The translations under genes were made by a program, and so were the position numbers. A stretch of DNA of 62,271 nt, counting the filler, from Thermodesulfobacteriota bacterium (GTDB taxonomy: Bacteria; DASVDK01): NCBI GenBank assembly GCA_036381125.1. It is 5 parts of 5 records of this genome, joined end to end, with 100 filler letters (N's around TTAATTAATTAA, not from the genome) between each part and the next. Parts side by side here need not be neighbours in the genome. Positions count along the whole stretch, not along the records: positions 14,663 to 24,081 come from DASVDK010000007.1; positions 24,182 to 39,959 come from DASVDK010000008.1; 3 more parts are not named here. One strand, written 5' to 3'. Below are positions 17,821 through 28,026 of the stretch, piece after piece. Under the pieces are notes generated by a model that was given only the letters and a program-made list of their open reading frames with translations, ran no database searches and was not told where the DNA came from. How positions within the stretch are numbered: position 1 is the first letter of the stretch; the number at the start of each line of letters is the position of its first letter.

Positions 17821-18836
17821 CCGGGGGGCGAGGGCCTGGCCGGCCGCCGGACCTCGGCCGTCCCGTCCGCGCGGCGGTGGTGCAGGCGGCTTCCGTCTAC
17901 ATGGATCGCGAGGCGACGGTTCGCAAGGCGGCCGACCTCGTCCGCGACGCCGCCGGCCGCGGCGCCCGCCTGGTCGTCTTCCCCGAGGCGTTCGTCCCGG
18001 CCTACCCCTGGTCGCTCAGCTTCGGCACCTCGGTCGGCCGGCGCAGCCTCGCGGGGCGCGAGGCGTTCGCGCGCTACTGGGCGCACGCCGTGGACGTGCC
18101 GGGTCCCGCCACCGAGGCGCTCGGCGCGGCGGCGCGCGAGGCGGGCGCCTACGTGGTCGTCGGCGTGATCGAGCGCGACTCGACCTACAGCCGCGGCACG
18201 CTCTACTGCACCGTGCTCTTCTTCGGCCCCGACGGCCGGCTCATCGGCACGCACCGCAAGCTCAAGCCGACCGCGGCGGAGCGCTACATCTGGGGCGAGG
18301 GGGACGGCAGTACGCTCACCGTGCTGTCGACCGACATCGGGCGCCTGGGGGCCCTCGTCTGCTGGGAGAACTACATGCCGCTCGCGCGGATGGCCATGTA
18401 CGCCAAGGGCGTGGAGCTGTACGTGACGCCGACCGCCGACTCGCGCGACTCCTGGCAGGCGACGATCCGGCACGTCGCGCTCGAGGGGCGCTGCTTCGTC
18501 CTCTCGGCCTGCCAGTACCTCACGAAGGCGATGGTCCCACGCGACGTCGAGGTCTACGACGAGCTCGCCGGCGCGCCGGAGGTCCTCTCGCGCGGCGGCA
18601 GCGCCATCGTCGCGCCGCTCGGCGACTACCTCGCCGGGCCGCTCTTCGGGGAGGAGGGGATCCTCGTGGCCGATCTCGACCCGGCGCTCCTCGCCCAGGG
18701 GAAGTACGACTTCGACGTCGTCGGCCACTACGCGCGCCCGGACGTCTTCCGCCTGGTCGTGAACGAGCGGCCGCAACGGCCGGTCGAGCGGGACGACGAG
18801 GAAACGTTCCCGACACCCGAGAGGGCGCGGGGCTGA
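17817..18836 (+). CDS. Nitrilase (carbon-nitrogen hydrolase)
   Basis: E-K-C triad: FPEAF, HRKLKPTAAER, VCWENYMPLAR; FDVVGHYARPD. Confidence 0.93.
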   Translation: MTGGRGPGRPPDLGRPVRAAVVQAASVYMDREATVRKAADLVRDAAGRGARLVVFPEAFVPAYPWSLSFGTSVGRRSLAGREAFARYWAHAVDVPGPATEALGAAAREAGAYVVVGVIERDSTYSRGTLYCTVLFFGPDGRLIGTHRKLKPTAAERYIWGEGDGSTLTVLSTDIGRLGALVCWENYMPLARMAMYAKGVELYVTPTADSRDSWQATIRHVALEGRCFVLSACQYLTKAMVPRDVEVYDELAGAPEVLSRGGSAIVAPLGDYLAGPLFGEEGILVADLDPALLAQGKYDFDVVGHYARPDVFRLVVNERPQRPVERDDEETFPTPERARG

Positions 18837-18909
18837 CGCGCATCGCGCCCGACGGGCCTCCGTGCGGCCCGAGTGACACCGGCCGCCGGCTCCCACGGCA
18901 ACACAGCGT

Positions 18910-18939
18910 TTGACAGCACGCGACTCGCGCCTGTAAGAT
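18910..18939 (+). promoter_or_regulatory. Sigma70-type promoter of the ABC/CoA-transferase operon
   Basis: TTGACA-18 nt-TAAGAT upstream of ATG 19023. Confidence 0.6.
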
Positions 18940-18959
18940 CGTCCAGAACATCGGCCATA

Positions 18960-18977
18960 TTTCCAAAATCTTGGAAA
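18960..18977. promoter_or_regulatory. Palindromic operator (IclR-like shape)
   Basis: tttccaa-aatc-ttggaaa just downstream of the promoter. Confidence 0.55.
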
Positions 18978-19022
18978 CTCCGTCGGTCGTCGATAGCGCG
19001 ACTCGCGATGGAAAGGAGCCAT

Positions 19023-20138
19023 ATGCTCACACGCCCATTGCTCGCCGCTCTGACCCTCGTCTCGATCGCGTTCGGATCCACGGCGGTCGCGCAGGCGCCC
19101 GCAGGTCTGCCGAGGGATTACCCGAAGGAGTACGCCCGGATCATCGAGGCCTCGAAGAAGGAGGGCCAGCTCCTCATCTACTCCAACATGGCCGCGTACA
19201 ACTGGAAGCCGGTCATCGACGGCTTCAACAAGCTCTACCCGTGGATCTCGGTCCAGACGCTCGACCTCGGCAGCGGCGAGGTGTTCGAGCGGTACTACGC
19301 GGAGAGCGGCTCCAAGGCTCGCACCGCCGACCTCATGGCCTCCGGTGCGATCGACAGGTGGCAGCACTTCGTCTCGCGGGGCGAGGCGCTCCCCTACGAG
19401 TCGCCGGAGACACGGCACCTGCCGAAGTGGAGCGTTCCGGCGCCGGGGCTCTACACCGTGTCGGCCGACCCGATGGTCCTGCTCTACAACAAGATGCTGG
19501 TCCCCGAGAACCTCCGGCCGACCGGCATGGGAAGCCTCGCGAAGCTGGTCGCGTCGAACCCCGGCCGGTTCAAGGGGAAGCTCACCACGTACAACGCCTC
19601 GACCGAGGCGTTCGGCCTCTCGATCAACTGGGCAGCCGCGCGCGAGCAGGGCGATGCCTTCTGGGAGTGGCTCTCGACCATCGGCCCGATGACCCGGCCC
19701 GAGCGGTCGGCGGGCCCCATGATCGACAAGGTGACCGCGGGCGAGTACGCGGTTGCGTACTACGTCTCCGGCATCGTCCTCTTTCCGAAGCTCGACGACC
19801 CGGCGCGCCAGCGGATCCTCGGCTGGAGCTTCTTCGACGACGGCACACCGGTCTTCCTGCGCGGGATGGCGATCCCGAAGGCCTCGACCAACGTGAACGC
19901 CGCCAAGCTGATGCTCGACTTCATCCTGTCGCATGACGGTCAGGTCGCGTTCGGCAAGGGCGGCCTCACCCCGTACCGTCCGGACGTGAAGGCGAGCGAG
20001 GTGCCCCGGTACACGTACAGCTCGGTCGTCGAGGCGATCGGCGGCGAGGACAAGGTCATCCTCGTCGACTACGACCCCGAGATGCTCGAGAAGGAGAAGG
20101 CGTTCATCGAGCGCTGGAAGAAGTCCTTTGGCTTCTAG
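19023..20138 (+). CDS. ABC transporter extracellular solute-binding protein (Fbp/Afu-type)
   Basis: Signal peptide; IIEASKKEGQLLIYS; NVNAAKLMLDFILSHDGQ; AAAGGAG SD. Confidence 0.9.
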   Translation: MLTRPLLAALTLVSIAFGSTAVAQAPAGLPRDYPKEYARIIEASKKEGQLLIYSNMAAYNWKPVIDGFNKLYPWISVQTLDLGSGEVFERYYAESGSKARTADLMASGAIDRWQHFVSRGEALPYESPETRHLPKWSVPAPGLYTVSADPMVLLYNKMLVPENLRPTGMGSLAKLVASNPGRFKGKLTTYNASTEAFGLSINWAAAREQGDAFWEWLSTIGPMTRPERSAGPMIDKVTAGEYAVAYYVSGIVLFPKLDDPARQRILGWSFFDDGTPVFLRGMAIPKASTNVNAAKLMLDFILSHDGQVAFGKGGLTPYRPDVKASEVPRYTYSSVVEAIGGEDKVILVDYDPEMLEKEKAFIERWKKSFGF

Positions 20139-21870
20139 AAGTCCCTTGGCTTCCAGCGGACTCGGCCTCTCGAGGGTGGAGGGCGTCCCGGCGATCGGCC
20201 GGGACGCCCTCATCCAGTACGGCCTCGCGGTGCTGGCGCTGCTGCTCGTGCTCGCCCCGCTCGTCCCGATCCTCTACCAGTCGCTCCTCGACCGGCCGCT
20301 CTACGACGAGGGGGGGCGGCTCACGCTGCAGAACTACGCCAACCTCTTCGCGCACCCGTCGTTCGGGCGGGTCGTCGCGAACTCACTCGTCTTCGCAGCG
20401 ATCACGACCGGCATCGCCGTCGTCCTCGGCGTCGCGACGGCCGTGCTCGTCGGCCGCACCGACGTGCCGGGGCGCCGCCTCCTCGGCCAGGTCCTCGTCT
20501 GGCCCCTCTACGTCTCGCACCTGGTCCTCGCCTTCGGCTGGTTCATCATGTACGGTCCGGCCGGCTACGTGACGATGCTCGTGTCGGGACTCGCCGGCGA
20601 GGCCCCCTGGAACCTCTACTCCATCCCGGGGATGGCGGTCGTCGCCGGCCTTTCCGAAGCGCCGCTCGTGCACCTCTACTGTCTCGCCTCGGCGACGTCG
20701 ATCGACGCCTCGCTCGAGGACGCGGCCCGGACGGTCGGGGCCGGCCCCTTCCGGACCCTGTCGGCGGTCACGGTGCCGCTCATGCGGCCGGCGATCCTGT
20801 ACAGCCTCATCCTGAGCGTGACCGTCGCCCTCGAGATGCTGGCGATTCCCCTCGTGTTCGGCGGGCCGGTCGGCATCGAGTTCTTCACCACGTTCCTGTA
20901 CAACCAGGGCCTCTCGGCGTCGCAGCCGGACTACGGTCTCGTCGGGACCGCGGCGACGCTGCTCCTCGTCATCGTGACGCTGCTCGTCCTGCTGCAGCGC
21001 CGCCTGCTCGGCAACGGCGGCCGATTCGTGACCGTCGGCGGAAAGGCGAGCCGGCCTCGGCTGTTCCGGCTCGGGTGGCTGCGCTGGCCCTTCTTCGCGT
21101 TGCTCCTCCTCTACGTGGCCTTCGGCGTCGTCGCGCCGATCGCGGGCCTGGCCCTCCGGGCGGTCACGAGCTTCCTCACGCCGTTCATCCCGCCGTGGGA
21201 GCTCCTCACGCTCGCGAACGTGAAGATGGTCTTCGCGTACCCGGCCTACGTCCGCTCGATCGTGAACACGGTGCTGATCGCGCTCGTCGGTGGCGCGGTC
21301 GCCACCGCCTTCGTGGCGATGGTCGCCCTCGTGGCGCAGCGCTCGGAGTTCCGGTACCGCGGGCCGCTCGAGTTCGTGGCCCTCTACCCGCGGGCCGTTC
21401 CCGGCCTCATCGCCGGCCTCGGGTTCTTCTGGGGGATCGCCGCGATCCCGATGCTCGGCTGGCTGCGGAACACGCTCGTCATCCTCGCACTGGCCTATAC
21501 GATGCGGTACCTGCCGACCGGCTTCGGCGCCGTTGCGCCGATGCTCGTGCAGATCGCGCCCGACCTCGACCGGAGCGCCCGAACCGTCGGCGCCGACTGG
21601 TGGACGACCTGCCGGCACATCCTGATCAAGCTCCTCAAGCCGGCCCTCGCGTCGTCCTTCGCCGTGCTCTTCGTCCACTTCTTCAAGGAGTACGTCACCG
21701 CCGTGTTCCTCTTCGCGCCCGGCAGCGAGGTCATCGGGACGACCCTGCTCCAGTTCTGGATCCAGGGGGACACCGGGCCGGTCGCGGCCCTCTCCGTGAT
21801 CCAGATCGCCATCACGGTCGTATTCGTGTACGCGAGCCGACGCATCCTGGGGATCCGGATCTATGCCTGA
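20128..21870 (+). CDS. ABC transporter permease with two fused TM modules (FbpB-type); start uncertain
   Basis: Two EAA-like loops (LEDAARTVGA, LDRSARTVGA), about 580 aa hydrophobic. Confidence 0.9.
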   Translation: MASRSPLASSGLGLSRVEGVPAIGRDALIQYGLAVLALLLVLAPLVPILYQSLLDRPLYDEGGRLTLQNYANLFAHPSFGRVVANSLVFAAITTGIAVVLGVATAVLVGRTDVPGRRLLGQVLVWPLYVSHLVLAFGWFIMYGPAGYVTMLVSGLAGEAPWNLYSIPGMAVVAGLSEAPLVHLYCLASATSIDASLEDAARTVGAGPFRTLSAVTVPLMRPAILYSLILSVTVALEMLAIPLVFGGPVGIEFFTTFLYNQGLSASQPDYGLVGTAATLLLVIVTLLVLLQRRLLGNGGRFVTVGGKASRPRLFRLGWLRWPFFALLLLYVAFGVVAPIAGLALRAVTSFLTPFIPPWELLTLANVKMVFAYPAYVRSIVNTVLIALVGGAVATAFVAMVALVAQRSEFRYRGPLEFVALYPRAVPGLIAGLGFFWGIAAIPMLGWLRNTLVILALAYTMRYLPTGFGAVAPMLVQIAPDLDRSARTVGADWWTTCRHILIKLLKPALASSFAVLFVHFFKEYVTAVFLFAPGSEVIGTTLLQFWIQGDTGPVAALSVIQIAITVVFVYASRRILGIRIYA

Positions 21871-22981
21871 GCTGGTGGTCGAAGGTCTCACCAAGCGGTT
21901 CCGCGACGTGGTCGCCGTCGACCGCGTGAGCTTGACCGTCAAGGACGGCGAGTTCGTCACGCTCCTCGGGCCCTCCGGCTGCGGGAAGTCGACGACGCTT
22001 GCCGCCATCGCCGGGCTCGATCGGTCCGACGAGGGGCAGATCCGGGTCGGCGACGCCGTCTTCTTCGACTCCGCCACGGGGCGCTTCCTGCCGCCGGAGC
22101 GCCGCAACTGCGGCCTGGTGTTCCAGTCGTACGCCCTCTGGCCGCACATGACCGTCTACGAGAACCTCGCCTTCCCGCTCAAGCTCCGGAAGGTGCCCGC
22201 GGCCGAGCAGCGCGCCAGGATCGCGGAGGTCCTGCACCTCGTCGAGATGGAGGCGTACGCGGCGCGGCATCCTCACCAGCTTTCGGGCGGGCAGCAGCAG
22301 CGGGTCGCCCTCGCCAGGACGCTCGTCTACCGGCCGGCGATCCTGCTCCTCGACGAGCCGCTGTCGAACCTCGACGCGAAGCTGCGCGAGCGCGCCCGGT
22401 CCTGGCTCTCCCGGGTGCAGAGCCGGGTGGGGATCACGACCGTGTACGTCACGCACGACCAGATCGAGGCGCTCACCCTCTCTGATCGGATCGCGGTGAT
22501 GCGCAGCGGGCGTATCGTTCAGATGGGGACGCCCAAGGCCGTCTACGAGACGCCGGCCGACCCCTTCGTGGCCGACTTCATCGGGACGAGCAGCTTCTTC
22601 CGCGGCGTGACCGAGTCGGTCGGCGGCGGGGGGGAAGCGGTGACCGTGCGCCTCGAGAGCGGCCGGCCGCTCGTCGTCAGGAGCCCGCGGCCCGTCACCC
22701 CGGGCACGGCGGTCGTCGTCGCCGTCCGGCCGGAGAAGGTCCGCCTCCTCGACGCCAGGGCGGCCGACGCCGGGACCGAGCCGAACCTCCTCGAGGCGCG
22801 CGTTGCCGAGCGGAGCTACGTCGGGGCCCGGTACCAGTACCAGCTCGAGGTTGCGGGAGGCGTCCTCCGTGTCGACGCGCCGACCGAGCTCGCGCAGCCC
22901 ACCGTCTGGGTCTCGATCCCGCCGGAGGGCTGCGCCGTGTTCACGCAGGACGGGGTTGCCGCTCAGGAGATGCCGCGGTGA
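21863..22981 (+). CDS. ABC transporter ATP-binding protein (FbpC/PotA-type)
   Basis: GPSGCGKS, LSGGQQQRV, DEPLSNLD, TOBE-like C-terminus. Confidence 0.94.
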   Translation: MPELVVEGLTKRFRDVVAVDRVSLTVKDGEFVTLLGPSGCGKSTTLAAIAGLDRSDEGQIRVGDAVFFDSATGRFLPPERRNCGLVFQSYALWPHMTVYENLAFPLKLRKVPAAEQRARIAEVLHLVEMEAYAARHPHQLSGGQQQRVALARTLVYRPAILLLDEPLSNLDAKLRERARSWLSRVQSRVGITTVYVTHDQIEALTLSDRIAVMRSGRIVQMGTPKAVYETPADPFVADFIGTSSFFRGVTESVGGGGEAVTVRLESGRPLVVRSPRPVTPGTAVVVAVRPEKVRLLDARAADAGTEPNLLEARVAERSYVGARYQYQLEVAGGVLRVDAPTELAQPTVWVSIPPEGCAVFTQDGVAAQEMPR

Positions 22982-24081
22982 GGACGTTCGTCCCCGATGC
23001 CGAGTGCCCGCTCGACGGCGTTCGGATTCTCGACCTCTCCCGCCTCGTCGCGGGCAACATGCTGAGCCTCGTCCTCGCCGACTTCGGGGCCGAGGTGATC
23101 AAGATCGAGGAGCCGGGACGGGGCGACCCGCTGCGCGACTGGCGGGTGAAGGGCGTGAGCGTCCATTGGAAGGTGTACGGGCGGAACAAGAAGAGCGTGA
23201 GGCTCGATCTCCGCAAGCCCGCGGGTCGCGACATCCTCCTGCGGCTCGTGGACGGCGCCGACGTGCTCCTCGAGAACTTCCGGCCGGGGACGCTCGAGCG
23301 GATGGGGCTCGGCCCGGAGGTCCTCCTCGGGCGCAACCCGAAGCTCGTCGTCGTGCGGGTGTCCGGCTGGGGCCAGGACGGCCCCTACGCGCACCGGCCC
23401 GGCTTCGGCACGCTCGTCGAGGGGATGTCCGGCTTCGCCGCCATGAACGGCTTCGAGGACCGGCCGCCGGTGCTGCCGCCTCTGTCGCTCGCCGACATGG
23501 TGGCCGGTCTCTACGGGGCGTCGGCCGTCCTGATCGCGCTGCGGGCGCGAGACCTTCGGGGGAAGGGCGGGCAGGTGATCGACCTGCCGCTGCTCGACCC
23601 GCTGATCTCGATCCTCGGTCCGGAGGCGGCGATCTACAAGCTGACCGGCCGGATCAAGAAGCGGGTCGGGAGCCGCTCGAACACCGCCGCCCCCCGCAAC
23701 GTGTACGCCACGAAGGACGGCCGGTGGCTCGCCATCTCCGCGTCCATGCAGGTGATGGCCGAGCGGCTCTTGCGCGCCATCGGCCGAGCCGACCTGATCG
23801 ACGACCCGAGGTTCCGTACCAACGCCGACCGCCTGCAGCACGCCGACGAGCTCGACGCCATCGTGGGGGCGAAGATCGCGGAGCGGACGCTCGCCGAGAA
23901 CCTCGCCTTCTTCGAGGAGGCCGGCGTCACCGCCGGGCCGGTCTACGACGTGGCGCAGCTCCTCGAGGACCCGCACGTCCGCGCCCGCGAGGTGATCACG
24001 GAGCTGCCCGACGCCGAGATGGGCAGCGTGCCGATGCACAATATCATCCCGCGGTTGTCGGCCACGCCCGGCGCGATTCGC
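22978..24081 (+). CDS. CaiB/BaiF class III CoA transferase (3' truncated)
   Basis: LDGVRILDLSR, DFGAEVIKIE, RNKKSVRLDL, ENFRPG, SGWGQDGPY, LADMVAG. Confidence 0.93.
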
Positions 24082-24181
24082 NNNNNNNNNNNNNNNNNNN
24101 NNNNNNNNNNNNNNNNNNNNNNNNNTTAATTAATTAANNNNNNNNNNNNNNNNNNNNNNNNNNNNNNNNNNNNNNNNNNNN
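24082..24181. other. Artificial contig linker
   Basis: N44-TTAATTAATTAA-N44. Confidence 0.99.
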
Positions 24182-24463
24182 GCCGACGGCGCCGACCTCG
24201 TCCTCGGCCCGGCCGACGACGGCGGCTACTACCTCATCGGCCTCCGGTCGCCACAGCCCTCCCTCTTCGAGGGGATCCCCTGGAGCACCGGCGCGGTGCT
24301 CGCGGAGACCCGGCGCCGCGCCGAGGCCTCCGGTCTGCGGACGGCGCTCCTGCCCGCGTGGTTCGACCTCGACACCGCCGCCGATCTCGAGCGGCTCCGG
24401 AGGAGCCTCGGCGGCGACGAGGGACGGCGGACCGGCGCCTTCCTGGCACGGACGCCCCGCTGA
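24182..24463 (+). CDS. DUF2064/TIGR04282-type glycosyltransferase-like protein (5' truncated; absent from ORF track)
   Basis: DLVLGPADDGGYYLIGL...FEGIPWST..VL..T...WFDLDTAADL. Confidence 0.85.
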   Translation, partial: ADGADLVLGPADDGGYYLIGLRSPQPSLFEGIPWSTGAVLAETRRRAEASGLRTALLPAWFDLDTAADLERLRRSLGGDEGRRTGAFLARTPR

Positions 24464-25002
24464 TGCCGCCCCGTCCCTGGCGCACGAAGACCTCCCGCGA
24501 GGTCTACCGCAACCGGTGGATGTCGGTCCGCGAGGACGTGGCCGTGATGCCCGACGGCCGGGAGACCCTGTACGGGGTGATCACGACCGGCGAGTGCGTC
24601 GGCGTGCTCCCGTTCCTCGACCGCGACACCGTCGTCATGACGCAGCAGTACCGGTACGTCTCGAAGCGCCTCACCTGGGAGATGCCGACCGGCGCCATGC
24701 ACGCCGGCGAGTCGCGCGAGGCGGCGGCCAACCGCGAGCTGGCCGAGGAGGCCGGGTATCATGCCGGCCGCCTCACCTACCTCACGACCTTCCACTCGAA
24801 CAAGTCGATCATGGACGAGACCTGCCACGTCTTCGTCGGCGAGGAGCTGATCCCGGCCACGGCGCCGCCGGACGAGACCGAGTTCATCGAGGTGCGGACC
24901 TTCCCCTTCGACGAGGTGCTCCGCATGGTGACGGCGGGCGAGATCACCGACGCGATGACCGTCATCGCCGTGCTCGCGGCGGCACGACGGCTGGGGCGCT
25001 GA
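24463..25002 (+). CDS. NUDIX hydrolase (ADP-ribose pyrophosphatase-like)
   Basis: Nudix box GAMHAGESREAAANRELAEEAGY; QYRY; GEITDAMT; TGATG coupling. Confidence 0.9.
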   Translation: MPPRPWRTKTSREVYRNRWMSVREDVAVMPDGRETLYGVITTGECVGVLPFLDRDTVVMTQQYRYVSKRLTWEMPTGAMHAGESREAAANRELAEEAGYHAGRLTYLTTFHSNKSIMDETCHVFVGEELIPATAPPDETEFIEVRTFPFDEVLRMVTAGEITDAMTVIAVLAAARRLGR

Positions 25003-25133
25003 GCCGGCCGCCCGCGCTACCGGCGCAGTCGGTGCTAACATGGGTTGGGTGGCCGTGAGACGCTCCCCGCAGGACCGGGCCGGCGTCCCCAACGGGACCC
25101 CGTTCGAGGGGATCCGGCCGGTCAACGTCCTCT

Positions 25134-25440
25134 GAGGAGATCCTCGACCGGGTCCACTTCGGCTCGGTCGTCGTCGATCGCGACGGGATCGTCACCTTCC
25201 TCAGCCAGCCCCACGCCGAGTTCCTCATCCCGCCCTTACGGGAGCGCCGCGAGGACATCCCGGCGCTGGCCGGCCACGTCCTGCGCCGTCTCGCCGAGGA
25301 GATGGGACGCCCGCCGGCCGCGTCGCGCCGGCGGCCATGCGCGCCCTGCAGGACCGCCGCTGGCCCGGCAACGTCCGAGAGATGGTCAACGTGCTCGAGC
25401 GGGTGCTGAACGCCCTCACGCGAGCCTCTACCGCAAGCTC
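25134..25440 (+). pseudogene. Remnant of a PAS-domain sigma54-dependent activator
   Basis: Fragments in shifting frames: VVVDRDGIVTFLSQP (PAS), IPPLRERREDIPAL, WPGNVREMVNVLER (AAA+ end), SLYRKL (Fis HTH). Confidence 0.8.
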
Positions 25441-25525
25441 GGCCGAAAGCCCCAGGCTCCAGCCGACGACGCCGGGGCGCTCTCTTGCGCCTCGAGAGCT
25501 TGCCTCCCTTCCAGAATGTGCCCGA

Positions 25526-25553
25526 TTGACCGGGCCCACCCCCGCCCTAACGT
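25526..25553 (+). promoter_or_regulatory. Possible sigma70 promoter for arylsulfatase
   Basis: TTGACC-16 nt-TAACGT upstream of GAGGAGG-ATG 25624. Confidence 0.35.
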
Positions 25554-25623
25554 GTCCTGAGTCCTGGGCGAACGACCCGTCGTACGGCGTACACCCGGCC
25601 ACGCGGCCGGGTGAGGAGGAGCC

Positions 25624-27998
25624 ATGCCGAAGAATCAGGCGAGCGCGGGCGGCCACATGAAGACCTACCCGGAAGGATCGACGTTCACCGGCCGCGTCGG
25701 GCGCACCTGGCGCGACTCCGAGCCGGCGTTCCCGGTCGAGCCCAGGGCGCCCCCAACGTCGTCTACATCGTCCTGGACGACGTGGGCTACGGCTGGTGCG
25801 ATACCTTCGGCGGGTTGGTCGAGACGCCGAACATCACCCGCCTGGCCGACAACGGCCTGCGCTACACCAACTTCCACACCACTGCGCTCTGCTCGCCCAC
25901 GCGCGCCTGCCTCCTCACCGGGCGCAACCACCACTCGGTCGGCATGGCCAACATCACCGAGTTCGCTACAGGCTTCCCGGGCTACAACGCCCGCCAGCCG
26001 ATGGACAAGGCCGGCATCGGCGCCATGCTCCGCACCCACGGCTACAACACCTTCGCGGTGGGCAAGTGGCACAACACCCCCTCGGAGGAGGTGGGCCCCA
26101 CCGGCCCCTACGACCGGTGGCCCACCGGCCCACTGTTCGGCTTCGACCGCTTCTACGGCTTCATGGCCGGCGACAACAACCAGTGGTACCCGAAGCTGCA
26201 CCGCGACAACACCCCGGTCGACCCGCCCGCCACTCCTGAGGAGGGCTATCACCTCTCCGAGGACCTGGTGGACCGGTCGATCGAGCTGATCGCCAACAAC
26301 GAGTCCGTCGACCCGGAGAAGCCCTGGCTGCTCTACCTCGCCTTCGGCGCCTGCCACGCCCCGCACCACGTCCCCAAGGAGTGGATCGACAGGTACACGG
26401 GCAAGTTCGACATGGGCTGGGACCGGTACCGCGAGGCGGTGCTCGCCCGCCAGAAGCAGGCGGGTACGGTCGCCGAGCGCGCCGTGCTCTCACCCATGAT
26501 GGAGGGGATCCCCAGGTGGGACGACCTGTCGGCCGAGCAGAAGCGCCTGTACGCGCGCATGGCCGAGGTCTACGCCGGCTTCCTCTCGCACGCCGACCAT
26601 CAGATCGGCCGGCTGGTCGACTTCCTCCGGGAGGCGGGCGACCTCGACAACACGCTGATCTTCGTCTTCATCGGCGACAACGGCTCGTCCGGCGAGGGCA
26701 CGCTCGACGGGCTCTTCAACGAGATGAGCCTGGCCGCCAACGCCCCCGAGACGCTCGAGTTCAAGCTCCAGCGCATCGACCGGCTCGGCCTCCCCGGCTC
26801 GTACAACCACTACCCGGTCGGCTGGGCGATGGCCGGCAATACCCCCTTCAAGTTCTGCAAGCAGTACGTGCACTTCGGCGGCATCCGCAATCCGCTGGTG
26901 GTGCACTGGCCGAAGGGCATCGCGGCCAGGGGGGAGATCCGCCGCCAGTTCCACCACGTCATCGACATCGTGCCGACCATCCTGACGGCGGCCGGCGTCG
27001 AGCCCCCGTCGATCGTCAACAGCGTGCAGCAGGCGCCCATCGAAGGGGTGCCGATGAACTACTCCTTCGACGACGCCGGCGCGCCGACCACGCACCCGGC
27101 GCAGTACTTCGAGATGCTGGGCAATCGCGGTCTCATCCAGGATGGCTGGAAGATCGTGACGTACAACGGCCGGCTGCCGTGGGAGAGCCGCTCGAAGTTC
27201 GCCAGCATCGACGAGCAGCGCTGGGAGATGTACCACATCGACGAGGACCCGGCGGAGGCGAACGACCTGATCAAGGGCCGCAGCCTGGGCGATCTCAACG
27301 ATCCGATGGTGCAGAGGTTCGTCGATCTGGTCGGCCTGTGGTGGGCGGAGGCGGGCCGGTACGACGTCCTGCCGCTGGACGATCGCTTCCAGGAGCGGTT
27401 GCTCGGCCGCGGCGACCTCTACTCCACTCGCGAGCAATTGACCTTCTACCCCGGCGCGGTGCGCATCCCGGAAGGGAACGCGCCCGACACCAAGAACCGC
27501 TCCTGGACCATGACCGCGCACGTGGAGATCCCGAAGGGCGGCGCCGAGGGGCCGATCTGCGTCATGGGCGGCGATACCGGCGGCTGGTCGCTCTACGTGA
27601 AGGACGACAAGGCGGTCTACTGCTACAACCTCGCCGCCTCGCAATTCACCTACATCCGTGCGGCCAACGCGCTCACGCCCGGGCGGCACGCCATCCGGTA
27701 CACGTTCGAGAAGACCGGCCAGGAGCCGACCGGCGCCGGCGGCGTGGGCCGCCTGTACGTCGACGACACGCTGGTCGCGGAGGGACAGATCCCCCGCACA
27801 GCGGCCTTCGGCTACTCGCTGGACGAGACCTTCGACGTGGGCTGCGACACCGGGGCGCCGGTGACCGACGAATACCCGGCCATGGCGGCGTTCACCGGCA
27901 GTATCCTCAAGATCGGCTTCGACCTGAAGCCCGACCTGACGCTCGATCGCGAGGCGCATCGGGAGGTGACGGTGAAGGCCGCGATGATCAGGCAGTAG
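25624..27998 (+). pseudogene. Arylsulfatase (Cys-type) with a frameshift near 25745
   Basis: N-terminus (GRVGRTWRDSEPAFPVEPRAP) is in one frame; GAPNVVYIVLDD, CSPTR, GKWH, DNG continue in another frame to the stop at 27998. Confidence 0.82.
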
Positions 27999-28026
27999 CA
28001 TCCCGCCGACCCACCCACTGCACGCG

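Noticed and set aside
16533-20213. Very long antisense or alternate-frame ORFs (also 34672-38193, 42473-45775 and the 5' part of 10958-14413)
   Set aside because: Shadow ORFs of GC-rich genes; Arg/Pro/Gly-rich with no family motifs, overlapping well-supported genes
24182-25002. Arsenosugar or cofactor biosynthesis cluster from the TIGR04282-like gene plus NUDIX
   Set aside because: Gene is truncated at the contig edge and no radical SAM or methyltransferase partner is visible
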